Below are positions 1-13,811 of a stretch of 64,000 nucleotides of DNA, piece after piece. The translations under genes and the position numbers were made by a program. How positions within the stretch are numbered: the stretch's first letter is position 1; each line of letters begins with the position of its first letter. Source of the DNA: the human T2T-CHM13v2.0 reference genome, Homo sapiens; assembly GCF_009914755.1 (NCBI RefSeq), contig NC_060944.1; one strand, given 5' to 3'. Under the pieces are notes generated by a model. The model was not told the origin of the DNA. It was given only the letters and a program-made list of their open reading frames with translations, and searched no databases.

Positions 1-1909
1 CACCTAACTTAATCCCATCTGCTCACACATGACCTGGGAGAGTGTCAGGACTGCCTGCCCCCCAGGGGCCTGGTGGAATGGGAGGCAAGAGGGGTGGGCC
101 TGGGAGTAATGTCCCATGTGCGTCCTAGGAGGGGCCCTCCTTCTCCTACGTGGTTGGTACACTTAGACCATTAGATGCATTTGTAAAATCTGCAAAAATG
201 TCAGGGACAGACAGTCATCAAAACCTGGGGGCGGACGGTGCCCCTGAGAGTGTGGGGGTGAAAATGGCAGCCAATCAGTGCCCTCCGCTGATTCTTTCTG
301 GACCTCTGTGTGGTGGGGTGGCTGGGTGGGGGGGTGCAGGTGGAGGGTGAACAGGGGGTGGGCTCTGGGGGACTCACTTGTGCCTCAGCGAAGGGGACTG
401 TTTTACTCCCACCCCCAGGCCATGTTACTTCCTTCTTGCTCTCTTCTGTAACTCTGTCCAGAAAAAAAATTGCTTGAAATTTGGAAAAAGGCAGAGGGAG
501 ATCAGCAGAGCTTCCACCACCATTTTGGAACGTTACTTAACAGGCCTACTGCGGGTGATGGAGTTATCTAGGGAATGTGCCTCTGTTTGACTCGGTCTTT
601 GTTATTGATTTAAGGCCAGATTCTAAATTTACTGTTAACTTGTGGAGCTTTTTGTCCAAGGGAGATGCCAGTGATTTCTGTGCAGCAGAAAAGATCTCCC
701 CAGATGCTGTGGATTTTCTGCTCTTTAGGAACTGAACCAGTTATGTAACTGACCTGGGATTTCCCCTCATGCCCAATAACTACGACTCCTCCAGTTCTCC
801 TTCAGATAGTATCGCCCATTGCTGGTTTTCTCTTTACAGAGTTGAGGGAATCAGATGCTCCTTCTGTGTTTGTAAGTAGTCTAGGTTTATAACTTTCTGA
901 AAATTACCCTATTGCAGTCTCCATGTGAATCCCCCAAAGTTCCCCACAGTCCAGGGCATCAGGTTTGTCCGATGGATTCAGGGCCTGCTGCCTTCCCTCC
1001 CTCCCTCTGCCCCATCCCGTGTCGGGTCCCCGCAGGGAGACTGAGGCACGCCTCCTCAGACACCTACCGCTCGCTATGGAGGGGACAGAGTGAAGGGTGT
1101 GAGTGATACACAGAAAAATACCCAATGGCTAAGAGATGTCTTTGATGGACATGCACCTTGGCCCCTTGTGTAGGGGCTTGGCAACTGCAGGGCCACCTAG
1201 GAGTCAGCTGTGGTCCAGAGAAGGCGACACTGCGAATGTACTATTTGGATCCTGCCCAGGGAAGAGAGCAAGTGCTCAGACGCTGATGATGGCCACCCAT
1301 TACCAGATAGGAACATTTTTGGTCGTGAACTTATGATGCCTGAAGACAATAAAATGAGCATCATGTCCCTGGAGCAATTATTGTTCCTTTTTTCTGGTTC
1401 CAAACTCCTTCAGATTCCTTGTTTTTAATAACACACCTGCATCCTCAAATACAGAGACATTCTGAGTGAGCTGCTGGGGGCACCTTCTGTGTGGACACGC
1501 CGGCTTTCTGCTTTGCTAACCGTATTCCTGGAGGCTTTGTCACCTACACCATGCTGTAGCTTGACCACCCAGGTGAAGCTGATAAAACTCCAAATCTGAC
1601 AGTTCAAGACTCAGTGACTGAGCCCTGTTCCAGAAGCAAGGTGACAGAACCTCAGGGCATGGAGGTAAAAGCCACACCTGCTTGTGGAATTTTGCCTTGA
1701 CTTCCGTTGTGGATGAAACTAGCTCCACTGGTGTAGCCACAGAAGCCACCTAAAAGCCAGCACTTACTGAAATGTCCAGGAAACCAGTCCAGGGTGGAGA
1801 GCCCATGAGACCAAATAGTTTGGAAATCACTTCTGCAAATATCATTGCTTTAATTTTGTTTTAAAACAAAATTAAAGAAAGGGGAAAGCATGGTGGGGGT
1901 ATGTGCTAG

Positions 1910-2436
1910 TGTGAGACAAAGTAGCAATGGTGAGAAGCCTGTGTGCTCTTGCCTGCTTGCAGCGGAATCTCACAATGCCCCTGACTCTGCAACAACATGC
2001 AGCTCTCCAGAAAGACGCTTTGAAGACAAAAGAAGATAGAGTGCCGCACGGCCCCCACGTCTCTGGCCTGAGCCACTATGTTCCTTAAAAGATAAACCAT
2101 CCTAGTCCCTGCTTCCTGCTGCACATAAGATGATGCCTGCTGGGGTCAGTGAGGATGCTTCTGTCATCTATAACCAGGTGGATTCTTACACCCAAACCTT
2201 CACGTGATTCTGCTTTACTGTAACTTCCGAGCAAGTGTGATGTGATTTTGCACATACTGAACCTCCACACTTCATATATAAACTGTTGGCTGAAGCCCTA
2301 TTTCAGAATTGTCTGATGGAACTTCTCTAGGGGACTGCTCCCGGGCTGTAGACCTCCATTTACGGTCTTCAGTAAGACTCCGGAATAAAAAATAATTTTA
2401 ATTCTTGAAAAACTTGATATTTTTCTTTAGTCGACC
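1910..2436 (+). mobile_element. Solo ERV1-class LTR (MER34/MER4-group-like)
   Basis: Starts TGTGAGACAAAGTAGCAA, has TATATAAA (~2275) and AATAAA (~2384), ends CTTTAGTCGAC(C). Flanked by a 4-bp TSD CTAG (1906-1909 / 2437-2440). Confidence 0.8.
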
Positions 2437-3618
2437 CTAGAAAACAGTTAGGTATCACTACTGTGCTTTTTCTCATGATGGAGAATTTACCAATCTAGGG
2501 GTTGGCTCCTACTAAAAAAAGAACAAATTGCTTTCTAAAAAAGAAAAATGATTAATTACCTTTTTTTTAAAGGAGCAATCATGGAAGAAGAAAAACCAGT
2601 TTCCCACGGCAGGTGTCTAACAGGCTGTGTTAGGCAGATACTGATTGATACGTTGAAAAAAATACCAGAGTAAATGAACAGTTAATAAACTTTAGCAGTA
2701 AGTGATAGTAGAACGGAAACATCAGGTAGCATGCACAAATGCATGAGAGGGAAATCCAAAGGAATGAAAATTTACCCAAGCTAAAACCAGGAAATAAAAC
2801 ACAATAATACAGACAATAAATGTGGGTGGATTTTATAAACTAATAGACTAGAGAGTCTTAGACTTTATTAGAGTATAAAACTCACAGGATGCTCATAAAA
2901 GCCACTTTGACCACAAACTAATCCTGACATGTTGAAAATTTGCTCAGGATGAAAATACACTGAACAGCTGCTAATTAAAGAAAGTAGGGGAGAAAATATT
3001 AATATGAGGCGTCATGGAATTTAGGCAAAGAGCGTTAGGTGGGGTAAAGAATTATGTCTCAACAAAACATACTCTAAGACACCAAGAAAATACAAATAAA
3101 ATGGCCCTAAAAGACACACAAGCCAATGTCAGATTATAAAAATGAGAAAACCACAAATAGAGCTAAAGACTGAGAAATCTTTCAGAAGTACAAAAACATT
3201 AAAGCTACAAATGAGTTGGATAAAGTAATGAAGTCATTATTTTCCTAGGTACATGCAAATGAAGATGTGGCTCCCACCCACGGGACTGGAGGAAATCAAC
3301 AAGGGCGGAAGTACAGGAGAGACAGAGATGTCTGAGGACTGCGCCCCGCCACTCTCAGGTGAGAGGCGGCAGGCAAGAGCCCTGAGGCCACAGAGACGTG
3401 CTGTCCTCGAAGGGAGGGAGTGCCCACCTGTGCCAGTCATGGCGGGCGGGTCAAGGAGGATGCACGCTCAGAGCCGACCACGGGTTCAACCTTCCCACGT
3501 CATTGCTCACCCTGGTGAGAGCATGGAACAGACTGGAGTAGGTTCCAGAGAGTGCAGGAAGAGGGGAATTGGAGACCATGAGGACAGACACTTCTTTTGA
3601 AAGATTTTGCTGTAAAGA

Positions 3619-4092
3619 TGAGGAAAAAAAGAAACTTTTAATCTGAGGAATGTGAGTCCCCTTTAATTATCAAGCCCAGAGGGGCATTGAAATGTGACAG
3701 CAGACACAGCAGCAATGTGTCCCTCCTGCCTTGAACTAAATAATGACCTCCTGAAGCCACCGGCTATGTGAACTCTAGACTAATGGATGCCAAGTAGCTA
3801 CAGGGTGCCATGTGCCGGACACCATTATCCATACCCTATATAGTTCAACAGTGTAGAGCCAATCACCACCCAGAGTTCTTTCTGTGAACCAATGAGAACT
3901 CCTGGCAAACACCTTTGTATCCGCCCACTCCTTGTCCCCTTTTGCCTTTAAAAGCCTGCTTGTAGCAAAAGCTGAACAGGAGCACTCCTCCCCAAGGCAA
4001 TGTGGAAGTGTGTCCTGGGCTGCTGTCCTTCACCTTGGCCCAAATAAACTCTCTATATTAATTTTGCCTCAGTCTCTTTCTTTAGGTCGCCA
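3619..4092 (+). mobile_element. Solo ERV1-class LTR (MER65/MER4-group-like), inserted into an old L2-like fragment
   Basis: TG...CA termini, two CCAAT boxes, TTTAAAA TATA-like box and AATAAA. 4-bp TSD AAGA (3615-3618 / 4093-4096). Confidence 0.8.
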
Positions 4093-4665
4093 AAGAGGAC
4101 CAGAGAAATTCTGGAGAATTTGGAAAGTAACAGGCTAAAGTAACTTTATTTATAGATATAAATGTTTACCTTGAAAATGTAAAATTGAAATTCTTTACTA
4201 TTTAATGCATATATAGAAAATATATGATAAAAATAACATTTATAATACTACAACAACAACAAGCATAGAACACACCCAATGACAAGCTTTACAATGACTT
4301 CAAGGAGGGAAAACTGAACTTTTATTGATGGAACAAAAGATCTGGCAAAATGGAGAGACAGATAATATTCCTGACAGGAAGATTTAACATTAAATATGTC
4401 ACAAGTACTAGTTTCCCCAAAGCTGGGGAGGTCAGGAGTTTGGGGTGCTCACCATGGCTGCTCATAGGAGGGCAAATGGAACCTGCAATCAGGAGGTATT
4501 CTGGAGCTGGAGGACTTCCCCGTGCTCAGACCACACATGGCTACTTTGAGAATTGCCCTGTGACTACCTTTTCTTGATTGGGGTTCCTTGAATTTTGAAT
4601 TTGAAGCTCTTTTGCAATTGTTACAGGCAATCTCCATGTCTAAGATGACCGTAACGCACCCCTAG

Positions 4666-5009
<344 letters not shown>

Positions 5010-5274
5010 ACAAGAAGCATTCTTGACTGAGTCTTCTAAATGGACAAAGATATATGGAACAACTGCTAATTTTAGAAAGTAGGAGAGGAAAAAAAAAATC
5101 ACACCCCAGCCAAGGGCTGCTTTTATCTTGCAAACCCAACCCACTTTTGAAGAATGAGAAAGAGTGGGGTTGAGCATGGGGCCACACATGGTCTGATTTG
5201 CCCCGATTCTGGCTCATTCCCTGAGGAACGCCCTTACTGAGGTGGATCCAGTGGAAAATGAGATGTCCTCCATT

Positions 5275-5440
5275 AGACTTGCTGCACAGATGTGGGCCAT
5301 GGATCAGCAGCATCAGTGGCACTGGGAGCTTGCTAGCAATGCTGAATCTCGTGCCCATCCTGGACGCACTGACTCGAAATCTGCATTTTAATGAGATCCC
5401 AGGTGGTTTGTGTGCACATTAAAGCTTGAGAAGAACTGCC
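5275..5440. mobile_element. MER5A hAT-Charlie MITE
   Basis: CAGCAGCATCAG...GGGAGCTTG...AATCTGCATTTTAA..GATCCCCAGGTG...CACATTAAAG.TTGAGAA matches the MER5A pattern. Confidence 0.75.
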
Positions 5441-7153
5441 CTCAAGTCTTAAAAATTTCTGCTGAATGTCAATGGTAAACCACCTAATTCTGTACATTAA
5501 CATGCAGGACAATTGACATGTTAAGAATATTTAATACATTAAAGTATTTAAATCTCCTAGTTTTTTTTTTTTTTTACAAAGATCCTGTATACCATTTTGC
5601 TCCTAAATAGCTTCCAAATGGTTTTTAGTTGTTGCTGTAAGTAGAAATTTTCCCCAGTTGCTGGTAGTTTGTACTGGAGAATGTTGTGAATCTGACTACA
5701 TTATAACATTTTGCCACTTTTCTTACTTGCTGGAATAATTTAAGTGAAATACTCATTAAGTCCTTTGATGGCAAATCAAGGGGCTTAGGGCTCACTGGGA
5801 AACAAGACGGACACACCGGGAAACACAGCATGCCTATGCGAGGACACCAACACAGATATGGTGAGGGTGGGTGCTGTGGGGGTCCTAGACTCCTCCTTCA
5901 GGTGCAGGCTTGCCTGTAGGTGTGTGGACAGTGACCGAGGTCCACAGCTTCGCTTTCTTTTGGGACCTACCAGTTTTATAGAAAAGCATGGTTTGAAGAA
6001 GTCCCATTCCCCATTCCTGAAGCTTATGAGGATTCCATGGTTATAGGATTTTAGAACTTTCTATACCCCATGTTCTGAATTTCAAGACACCTCCTCCTTT
6101 TGTCTATGCATATTCTTCAGAAATCCCTGATATTCTGCACTAAAACAGCATCTTGGTATCACACAGATTTTTTTTTTCTGTAAGACAACACATAATAGTG
6201 TAGCAAAAAATAAAAAAATAAAAGATAATTTACAAATCCTACATGCTAAAGTTCTGACTACCTATCATATATAGCCAGGGAAATGGTCCCTTCATAACTC
6301 CTGAGTCTTACCTCTGGCTTTTCTTTCCTTTCTCTTTTAGTGCCATCAACACAGGGTCCCAAGAGTTCTCAGCCACATCAGCTCCAAGAAGAACTTGTTT
6401 CATTGAGGATTTAGGGGAACTGTCTCATTGGTGAAGAGAAGTTCTCCTCCCCCTGCCCCGATGTGACTCGTTAAGGTTTGGGGTGCCCTGGCTCTTGGAG
6501 CTTTCATCTATGGTCTAAACCTTGAGCACCATAAACATTAGGTTGGCAGTTCTTGGAGCTTGGGTAACTGCATGCACATGCCTTGTTCACACATGTCCCA
6601 GTATTTTTACTTACTCTGTTGAGGGAGTTTATTCTTTCCTTTGAATACATTTCACTCCCACCTGTAATAAACTCCCAATTGGTCTTTCTACTTTTGTATC
6701 TTTAGGTGAATTAAAAATTTCATTTTTAGTAGATGTTTCATATTTGTGCTACATCCTTCTGAACTCCAGAATCATATGTAGGCATACGTGTATATGTGTG
6801 TAAATATATATTTAGAGTATATATATATATTTAATACATATCTATAATAAATTCTATATTCATTTCCACTCTGGTGTTAGGCTTCATTGTTCTCACTGAC
6901 AGGCAGCTCTGGGTCCTGGGAGTCTGCCATTGTTGGACTCCATTAACAGGCTCCCTAGCCCTTCCACTGATGGCTGCATTTGGCTAATTTTGGGGAATGG
7001 GAGCATGCGGAAATATGAGCGCAGCTGGAGCCAGTGTTGGGATATTTCTTACTGGTTGCTGGAACCCACTTAACAGCAGCTGCATTCTTCCGCCAGGGGC
7101 CAGCGCTCCTGCTGGGCAGTCCCTCCCCGCCACCTACAGCAACCCCTAGTGCG

Positions 7154-7646
7154 TGTGGCAGGCAGAGCAATGCTTCCAGAGATGTGTACATCCTGAGCCC
7201 TGAAATCTGTGGATATATTATGCAAGCTGGTAAGGGGAAGTTCAGGTTGCAGAGGGAGTTAAGGGTGCTAATAGGCTGACCTTAAAATAGGAAGATTATC
7301 TGGATTATCCAGATAAGCCCAAATTCCTTAAAAGATGGTAGAATGGCAGGGGAGTCAGAGCTGAAGTGATTCAATATGAGAAGAACTCCACTCACTGCAG
7401 GCTTGAAAGACAGAAGGCCATGAGGCAAGGACTGTGGGCAGCCTCTAGGAGCCAGGAAAGGCAAGGAAATGGGTTCTTTCCTAGAGCGTCTGGAAGAATG
7501 CAGCACCCCCCCCCCCCCACCCCCACACTGTCCAGAGCCCAGTGAGCCCGTCCTGACTCTGACTTTCAGAGCTGTAGGATCACAAACTTGTGCTGTCAGC
7601 TGCCAAGGCGGTGGTATTTGTTCAGCAGCCGTGGGAAACTAACACA
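7154..7646 (+). mobile_element. MaLR LTR (MLT1D-like)
   Basis: TGTGGCAGGCAGA start, GATTATCTGGATTATCC, GGCAGCCTCTAGGAGC..GAAAGGCAAGGAAA, ends GGAAACTAACACA. Confidence 0.8.
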
Positions 7647-10593
7647 CTGGGCTTGGCCACCACTGCATCCTTCACCCGTGGGGTCTAGGGATGGTGCACG
7701 TGCCCCTTTCACTGACTGTGGGTCCTTTACCCTCCGTTGTTGGTTTTCCTTTGCAAATATCCCTCTGTTCCCTCTCCTCAGATACCCTGTGGAATTTGTC
7801 TCCAATTTCCTGGCAGGACTGGGGATGAGATGGGAAACTAAGGGGGGAAGGGTCAAAACGACCTCATCCGCCTCCAGCATCCTCTAGCTCAGTCAGTGCC
7901 CACTGTATAATTATTGTCACAAAACCACAGCCAGATAATTCTTTTTTTTTTGTCATAATCAAAGGGCCATAAAATAGATTTAAAGCAAAACTCACACTAT
8001 CTCTGTCATTACTTGGTGCATTTTTCTCACCCTCAAAATTAGCTGTTTTTTTCTTCATAGACCAAAGAGAAGTAACAAAAATAAACTTGTGCCGAGTTCA
8101 CAAGCTTCAGCTGGATGTACTGGGGCCGGGTCAACTCAATGCCATCAACCTCCCACAGGGTGAACGGGAGCCGCTCTTCAGGCCCACCTAAGCATCTGCT
8201 CTCTCCCATGGAGGGACTGGTGTCAGGCCTCCAGTAGGGGAGAGGTGACTTCAGCGTCTGGACAGCCTCCTGTGCGGACCTGGCAGCACTGCTGGTGGTG
8301 GTGATGGCTGACAGTGCCTTTGTGCTCCCACCCTGCCCAGAGCTGTTAGATGCTCTCCACACAAGGCCTTCTGCCCTCCTCTGCTCCTACACCCTGACCC
8401 CAATCACACAGGAAGCATCCCCATCCTGGGGTCAGTACCCCGTTTTCAGAAACTCCTCTCTCTCTCACACACACACATGCACGCACACACCATTGTCCCT
8501 CCTGAGCCAGGGCTGCTTCCCAGTGACTGGCAGCCTCCCACCTCCCTGGCTGCATCCTGGCAGGCTCAGCCCAAGCTGTGGGAAGACCAGGGCCTAAGGA
8601 AGCCATGCGGAAAAGAGGACAGAGGGAATGAACAGGGCAATGGGTCATGATCAAAGGAGCCATGTGGTCTGAGTAACTGCCCACAGCTGTGGGGCCAGGC
8701 TTGGGTAGTGGGAGGCAAAGAGGCTGAAGAGTGCAGGGAAACACTCTCCCCTCAGTATTCTATCCATCTTTTCAGGCAGGCAGTGTCTGGCTACCTTGTG
8801 GTCAATCCTAGCTAACAGCTTTCTTTCTTAGCCATGTTTTAGCACAAGGAAGCGAGTTTCAACATCTTGGCTGGGCCATGGGAGCAGACTGGCCAGTGGG
8901 AAGTGAGGTCAGAGCAGAGGCTGGCTCTGCAGTAACCTCACAGACCCTGCATCTGAGTTCCAGGTCGCTGACCCGGAAGAGGGCAGAGGTGCAGCCACAG
9001 GCCAGCTCGGAAGGCAGCTCCAGTTTCAGCTCTGCCATATTCTGGCTTTAAGGCTTCGCCATGCAGCTCAGCCCTCAGTGGCTCACCTGCAGCTTGGGAG
9101 GAAAGCCTGCCTCCCACTTCAGACAGGGCTGCTGGCCTCCCAGGAGTGGGCAGCGTGGGCAGGCAGAGCAGCTTCAGTGGACTTGGAATGGGAGGGCAGT
9201 GGCCTTTCTCCGTCTAGGCCATGGATGTATTTGGACACTTTTGTGAGTCACTGATGGGGTCAAGCCAGGGGCCTGGGACAGATGGAAGAGCAGCAAGGTA
9301 CCCATCCTTGCCTCCGCTGCCTCCTCCCACGGGCTGGCTGCAGACTTCCTTTCACCAGAGTTGAGAAATGTTACTTCTCAGGTCCGTTTAGTTCCTGAGC
9401 TGACACAGAGTTTGATTGTTGCAACTTCAAAGTAGTCCAGGGACAAAGAAAGACTGCAATTCTCTTTTCCAAAGAACAGAGAGTTCTCAGATTGCAGTAT
9501 AGGGAGGGCTTGAGTTCGGGGGCCCCTAGGTTTTGCCTAAACACGGGGAGCATCTGTGGCTCCCAGGCTTCCATGGATGTGGAGATGTGAGTCCGGGGAC
9601 CTCTCTGAGAAAGACAACCACGGGAGGGTGAAGATGCTTCTCCCTTTCCTCCCCAGGGCCCTCCTCCCCTGTCCCAGTGATCTCGCCACCAGAGACACTG
9701 CAGTGACGGGCCTCCGGGACTTTCACACAGCAGGCTCGCCCCAGCGGGTGCGCATGTGCAGGTGACTGGCATGCTCTGCTTCCAGAACCCTGCCTGCCCT
9801 TCCTCCAGGAGCCTCAGGGCTCACACCTGGGCCCTTGCAGGAATAGGTGCACATGGGAAGTGTGTCCTGTGCCTGCTGAAGCTCATTCAGCCTCACCTTG
9901 CAAGTAGGAAAAGCATAGGACATGGAGACTGCTCGCTGCAAAGGAGGAACGTGACCCTGCGGTGGGACCAGCTTTAATTGCTAAATGTTACAGCAAACTT
10001 CAACTATAAGACAAAACTCAGTGCCAGGCTGCAGTCCCAGAATTGCTCAAAGTCCCCCCATGCTTCTCTCTGACAAAGGGAGATGTGACGAAGGGAGAAG
10101 TTTCTACAGGGTCTTCCCTAATTCAGCAATCCCTGAAGCAAGACTTGAGGGCCCTGTTGTGAGGAGAATCACTGAATCAGACCATCCTATCTGTTCTGTA
10201 GAGATAGCTGAGTGCCAGAGAGGTTAGACGACTTTCCCAAACGCGAGCTGCAGCCCAGGGGTGCTGACCATAGGCCAGTGCCCATGCTCACAGTGAGCCT
10301 GGCTGCACTGGGTGTTGTCCCCAGCTTAACATCTGGCTTGGGAAGTGGCCAGTAAATGATGGGTCTACGAAAGAAGGGGTGGTGGAACTGTTTTCTCTCC
10401 CAGGCTCATTTGCTTTGAAAGGGAACTAATCCAAATGTGACAGAGCTCTCCAGGTATGGACTTGGCAGCCTCTTGGGAGACCTGCCTCTCAGGAGACCCC
10501 TAATCCTACAGATGGAGAAGGGCTTTAGGTGGTTTCTGGATAAATCTCAGGGAGGTCAGAGGGAAGGGACTGAGGCCTGGAGACAGACAGAGA

Positions 10594-10624
<31 letters not shown>

Positions 10625-11129
10625 CCATCACTAAATGACTTATTTCAGTAGCTTCATCTGGGCCCTCCAGCCCAAGGTGGCTCCAAAAGTTGTGCAGAGA
10701 AGGGGCTCTCCCACAGCAATCCCGGGAGAAGCTGGAGGTCTTGTCTTGATCTGCTTTTCCACAGCGTGTATAAAAGTGAGAGAGATACAACTGTTCACAT
10801 GCAGAAGTAGAGGCTCTGCTGATGTATGCAACCTGGGGAGGGAGGGAGCCCAGGCCCTCGCTCATAGCATGAGCCCGCCACGCTTCTGACATGCACCAGT
10901 TTCAGTGGGATTCGCTTCCCTATGTTCAACTTGTGATACAGGTTGTGAAGCTTCCCTCACACCCACCACCCACTATGTGTTTTGTTCCTTCTCCCAAGCC
11001 CTGCCTACTAGGTCAAAATTGATGTGAGCTGGTAAAGCTGGTGATGATGGTGGCTGTCATTCTGTAAACAGTCCTGCTGTTCCTGGTTCCAACAGAAGCC
11101 TGCTCTCTCCAGCCCAAGACCCAAGGCAG

Positions 11130-11315
11130 GACTGCCTTCTTCCATCCTCAGAGCCAGCAATGCAGCATCCTCGCATCTCAGCCTCCCTCTCTTCTCTTCC
11201 TTCTGTCTCATTTTCTATAACCCTGTGACCTCCCTCTTTCCTGTACAAGAACTTTTGTGTTTGTATTGGTCCCATCTAGATAATCCCAGATAATCTCCCC
11301 ATTTCAAGATCCTTA
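11130..11315 (-). mobile_element. MaLR LTR fragment (MLT1D/C-like)
   Basis: ATTGGTCCCATCTAGATAATCCCAGATAATCTCCCCATTTCAAGATCCTT is the reverse of the MLT1 5' motif. Confidence 0.65.
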
Positions 11316-12635
11316 AGAGTAATATATCTTAATACATAAGAGTTAAACTAATAGAAAAGAACCAGAATGGAGAACTTCCAATTTACTAGAAGAGGAAGAG
11401 AAAATCGATTCTCCAAACATGAATAAAGGGAAAAAATGATGGGAATCATGATTACAAGAAAATAAAATAAATAAGTTGTGAATGGATTAAAAGAAAATAT
11501 TAGTGACCACAAAAATGTGACTGGATTAAATTTCCCTACTAAATTTCCCTACCAAAAGACCTACTAAGAAACCAAGGACCAGTAATATAATGTTTACAAA
11601 CGATATCTGTAAAATGAAATGACCATAAAAGATTATGTGTAAGTAAATTGATGAAACTAGGTCTCAGGAACTAAAATAAAATGCTGTTCTGAAATGTTTT
11701 AGAAAATGCATTAAGGCCCCAAAATGAAAGAACTGATATAAACATTAGAAAAGAGGAGGTAAAACATCTCTTTGCATATAGTTGCTTACCTGGAGGACTT
11801 AAGACTCAGGTGAAAATGCTGCCTGGTCAGTGGACCCCCAGGAGCAGGTGGCGCCCCTACCTTTTATGCTCGGTGGAACCTGGCACTGACCACTATGTTT
11901 AGAACAGCCTGACCCCACGGTAGGCCTCAGAAAATATTTCTCGACGTACTAAATAAAGCCACCATTTAATGTCATAAAGAATGATTCATGTGGAAGATGT
12001 AATAATCCTGAACCCAAATGCATCCCAAACTATATAGATGCCTTAAAACAGAGCAAAAGTGGACAGAATCATCACCAGGTGACAGGGAGGCAGCCCCAGT
12101 GACAGCAGGCATCTTTGCATGCACCTCTCCCAGTAAGCAAGAGCTGGCAGATGCCAATCAGGAAGGGCTGGAAGAGGCGGGGCACACAGGCAACACCCTC
12201 ATCAGGGGGATGCCTGTGGAGTCCATATGTGCACCCAGGGGGGTTGAGGAACAAGGATGGATTTCCCAGGAGGCTCCCGCCCATAATTGGGAATTGACTG
12301 TGCACTGAAGAAATCCACCTGGGCAGGGGAGGAGGAGGAAGGCGGAGGAAGAGCACAGCCCAGGGAGGAGGAACACCCAGAGCCTCAGAGGCCCAGGGCG
12401 TGGGAGGTTGGGGGGTGCCTCTGGTGTAGGAGGCCTTCCTTCCTTCCTCCTCTGTCCTCCCAGGCCAGCTTGCTGGCTTCACCTGACCCCTTGCCTGGCT
12501 CAAAGGCAACCTTTTGTTACTACTTTGTCCCCCATTTGGCTTATACTTTTCTTCTTGTTTCTCTTTCTCTTCCCTCATTTCCTTTTCTGCATCCCTCTCA
12601 CCTCTCTCCACTGGGCTTGTTGTGGGAATGAGCTA

Positions 12636-12976
12636 CAGTCCTGTGATACACAGGGACGCTTCCATCAGCAACAGCCCACATATACAACGGTGGGCCAAAG
12701 ATATAGTGCCATGTTTCCATTGTACCTTTTCTGTGTTCAGAAATGTTTAGATGTAGAAACACTTACCATTGTGTTACAATTGTCTGCAGCATCCAGCAGT
12801 TACAAGCTGTACAGGTAGGCAGCCTAGGAGCAGTAGACCATACCATGCAGCCTAGGTGTGGATTAGGCTCTATCATCTAGGTTTGTGTAAGTCACTCTAT
12901 GATGTTCAGACAATGACAAAATCACCTAGTGACACATTTCTCAGATATAGCCCTGTTGTTAAGCAAAGCATGACTG
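12636..12976 (+). mobile_element. Tigger3a/MER7A DNA transposon MITE
   Basis: CAGTC...GACTG terminal inverted repeats with TA flanks; internal CTTACCATTGTGTTACA and CTAGGTTTGTGTAAGT. Confidence 0.85.
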
Positions 12977-13065
12977 TATATGTCAATCATTATCTCTATG
13001 TACTGATTTTTTTTTTTGGTTCCTCATTTTAGGAATCTAATGAACTGCATATACTGCTCATGTAT

Positions 13066-13172
13066 TCTCTCCCTCCTTCTTTCTCTCTCTTTTTTCTCTC
13101 TTTCTTTCTCTCTCTTTCTCTCTCTCTCCACCCCCGCCCTCCCCCCCTCCACCACACACACACACATACACA
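13066..13172. repeat. CT-rich and (CA)n microsatellite
   Basis: Pyrimidine tract followed by CACACACACACACATACACA. Confidence 0.85.
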
Positions 13173-13811
13173 AATGAACAATTCTTTTACAGGACTGGGG
13201 TAGCTTGTTGCATTTGGATGCTTGTTGACTATTTGATTTTCTGGAATTTCTCCCAAGCAAGATATTGGGTATGTACAAGGAGGGATACACAGAATAAGAA
13301 TTTTGCTGTTGATAATAATAGCAAATGATGTAAATAACACATATGCTCAGAATAGGGACTAGGTGAAATCAGTTATGGAACATTATTCAGCATTACAGGT
13401 AAAAAAGGAACTCTTTATATAATGGGGGTTGGAAGGCAGCAACAACAGGTCAAGGAGCAAGTAAGAATATTTCTGGTATTCCCAAGTGCCAATGGAATGC
13501 GAACTGGGGTAGTGGGCTGGAGACTGGCTGGCAACCAGAGGTAGGGTATGGGCCACCTGATACAAGTGCAACTTGCAGGTACTTGACACTCCATTTAGCC
13601 AAAATTCAACCCTTCACATTTCCTGCCCAAATCTGCTTCTCCTCCACTCCCTGTTTCAGCACATCCCACCACTACCTGCTGCTGAAGCCATTTATTGTCT
13701 GGGGGTAAGACAAGAAATGACAATAAATGACTCCTCCTTCTCCAGGCCGTGTTAACTCAATCAGCTCCATAGCTCCAGGCATGGCTCATTTTCCCTTTTG
13801 CCTGTTAATAC

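Noticed and set aside
740-749. Perfect PAR-bZIP/NFIL3 site GTTATGTAAC
   Set aside because: About one such degenerate 10-mer is expected by chance in 64 kb.
10594-10622. (AATC)7 repeat resembling homeodomain motifs
   Set aside because: Ordinary tetranucleotide microsatellite.
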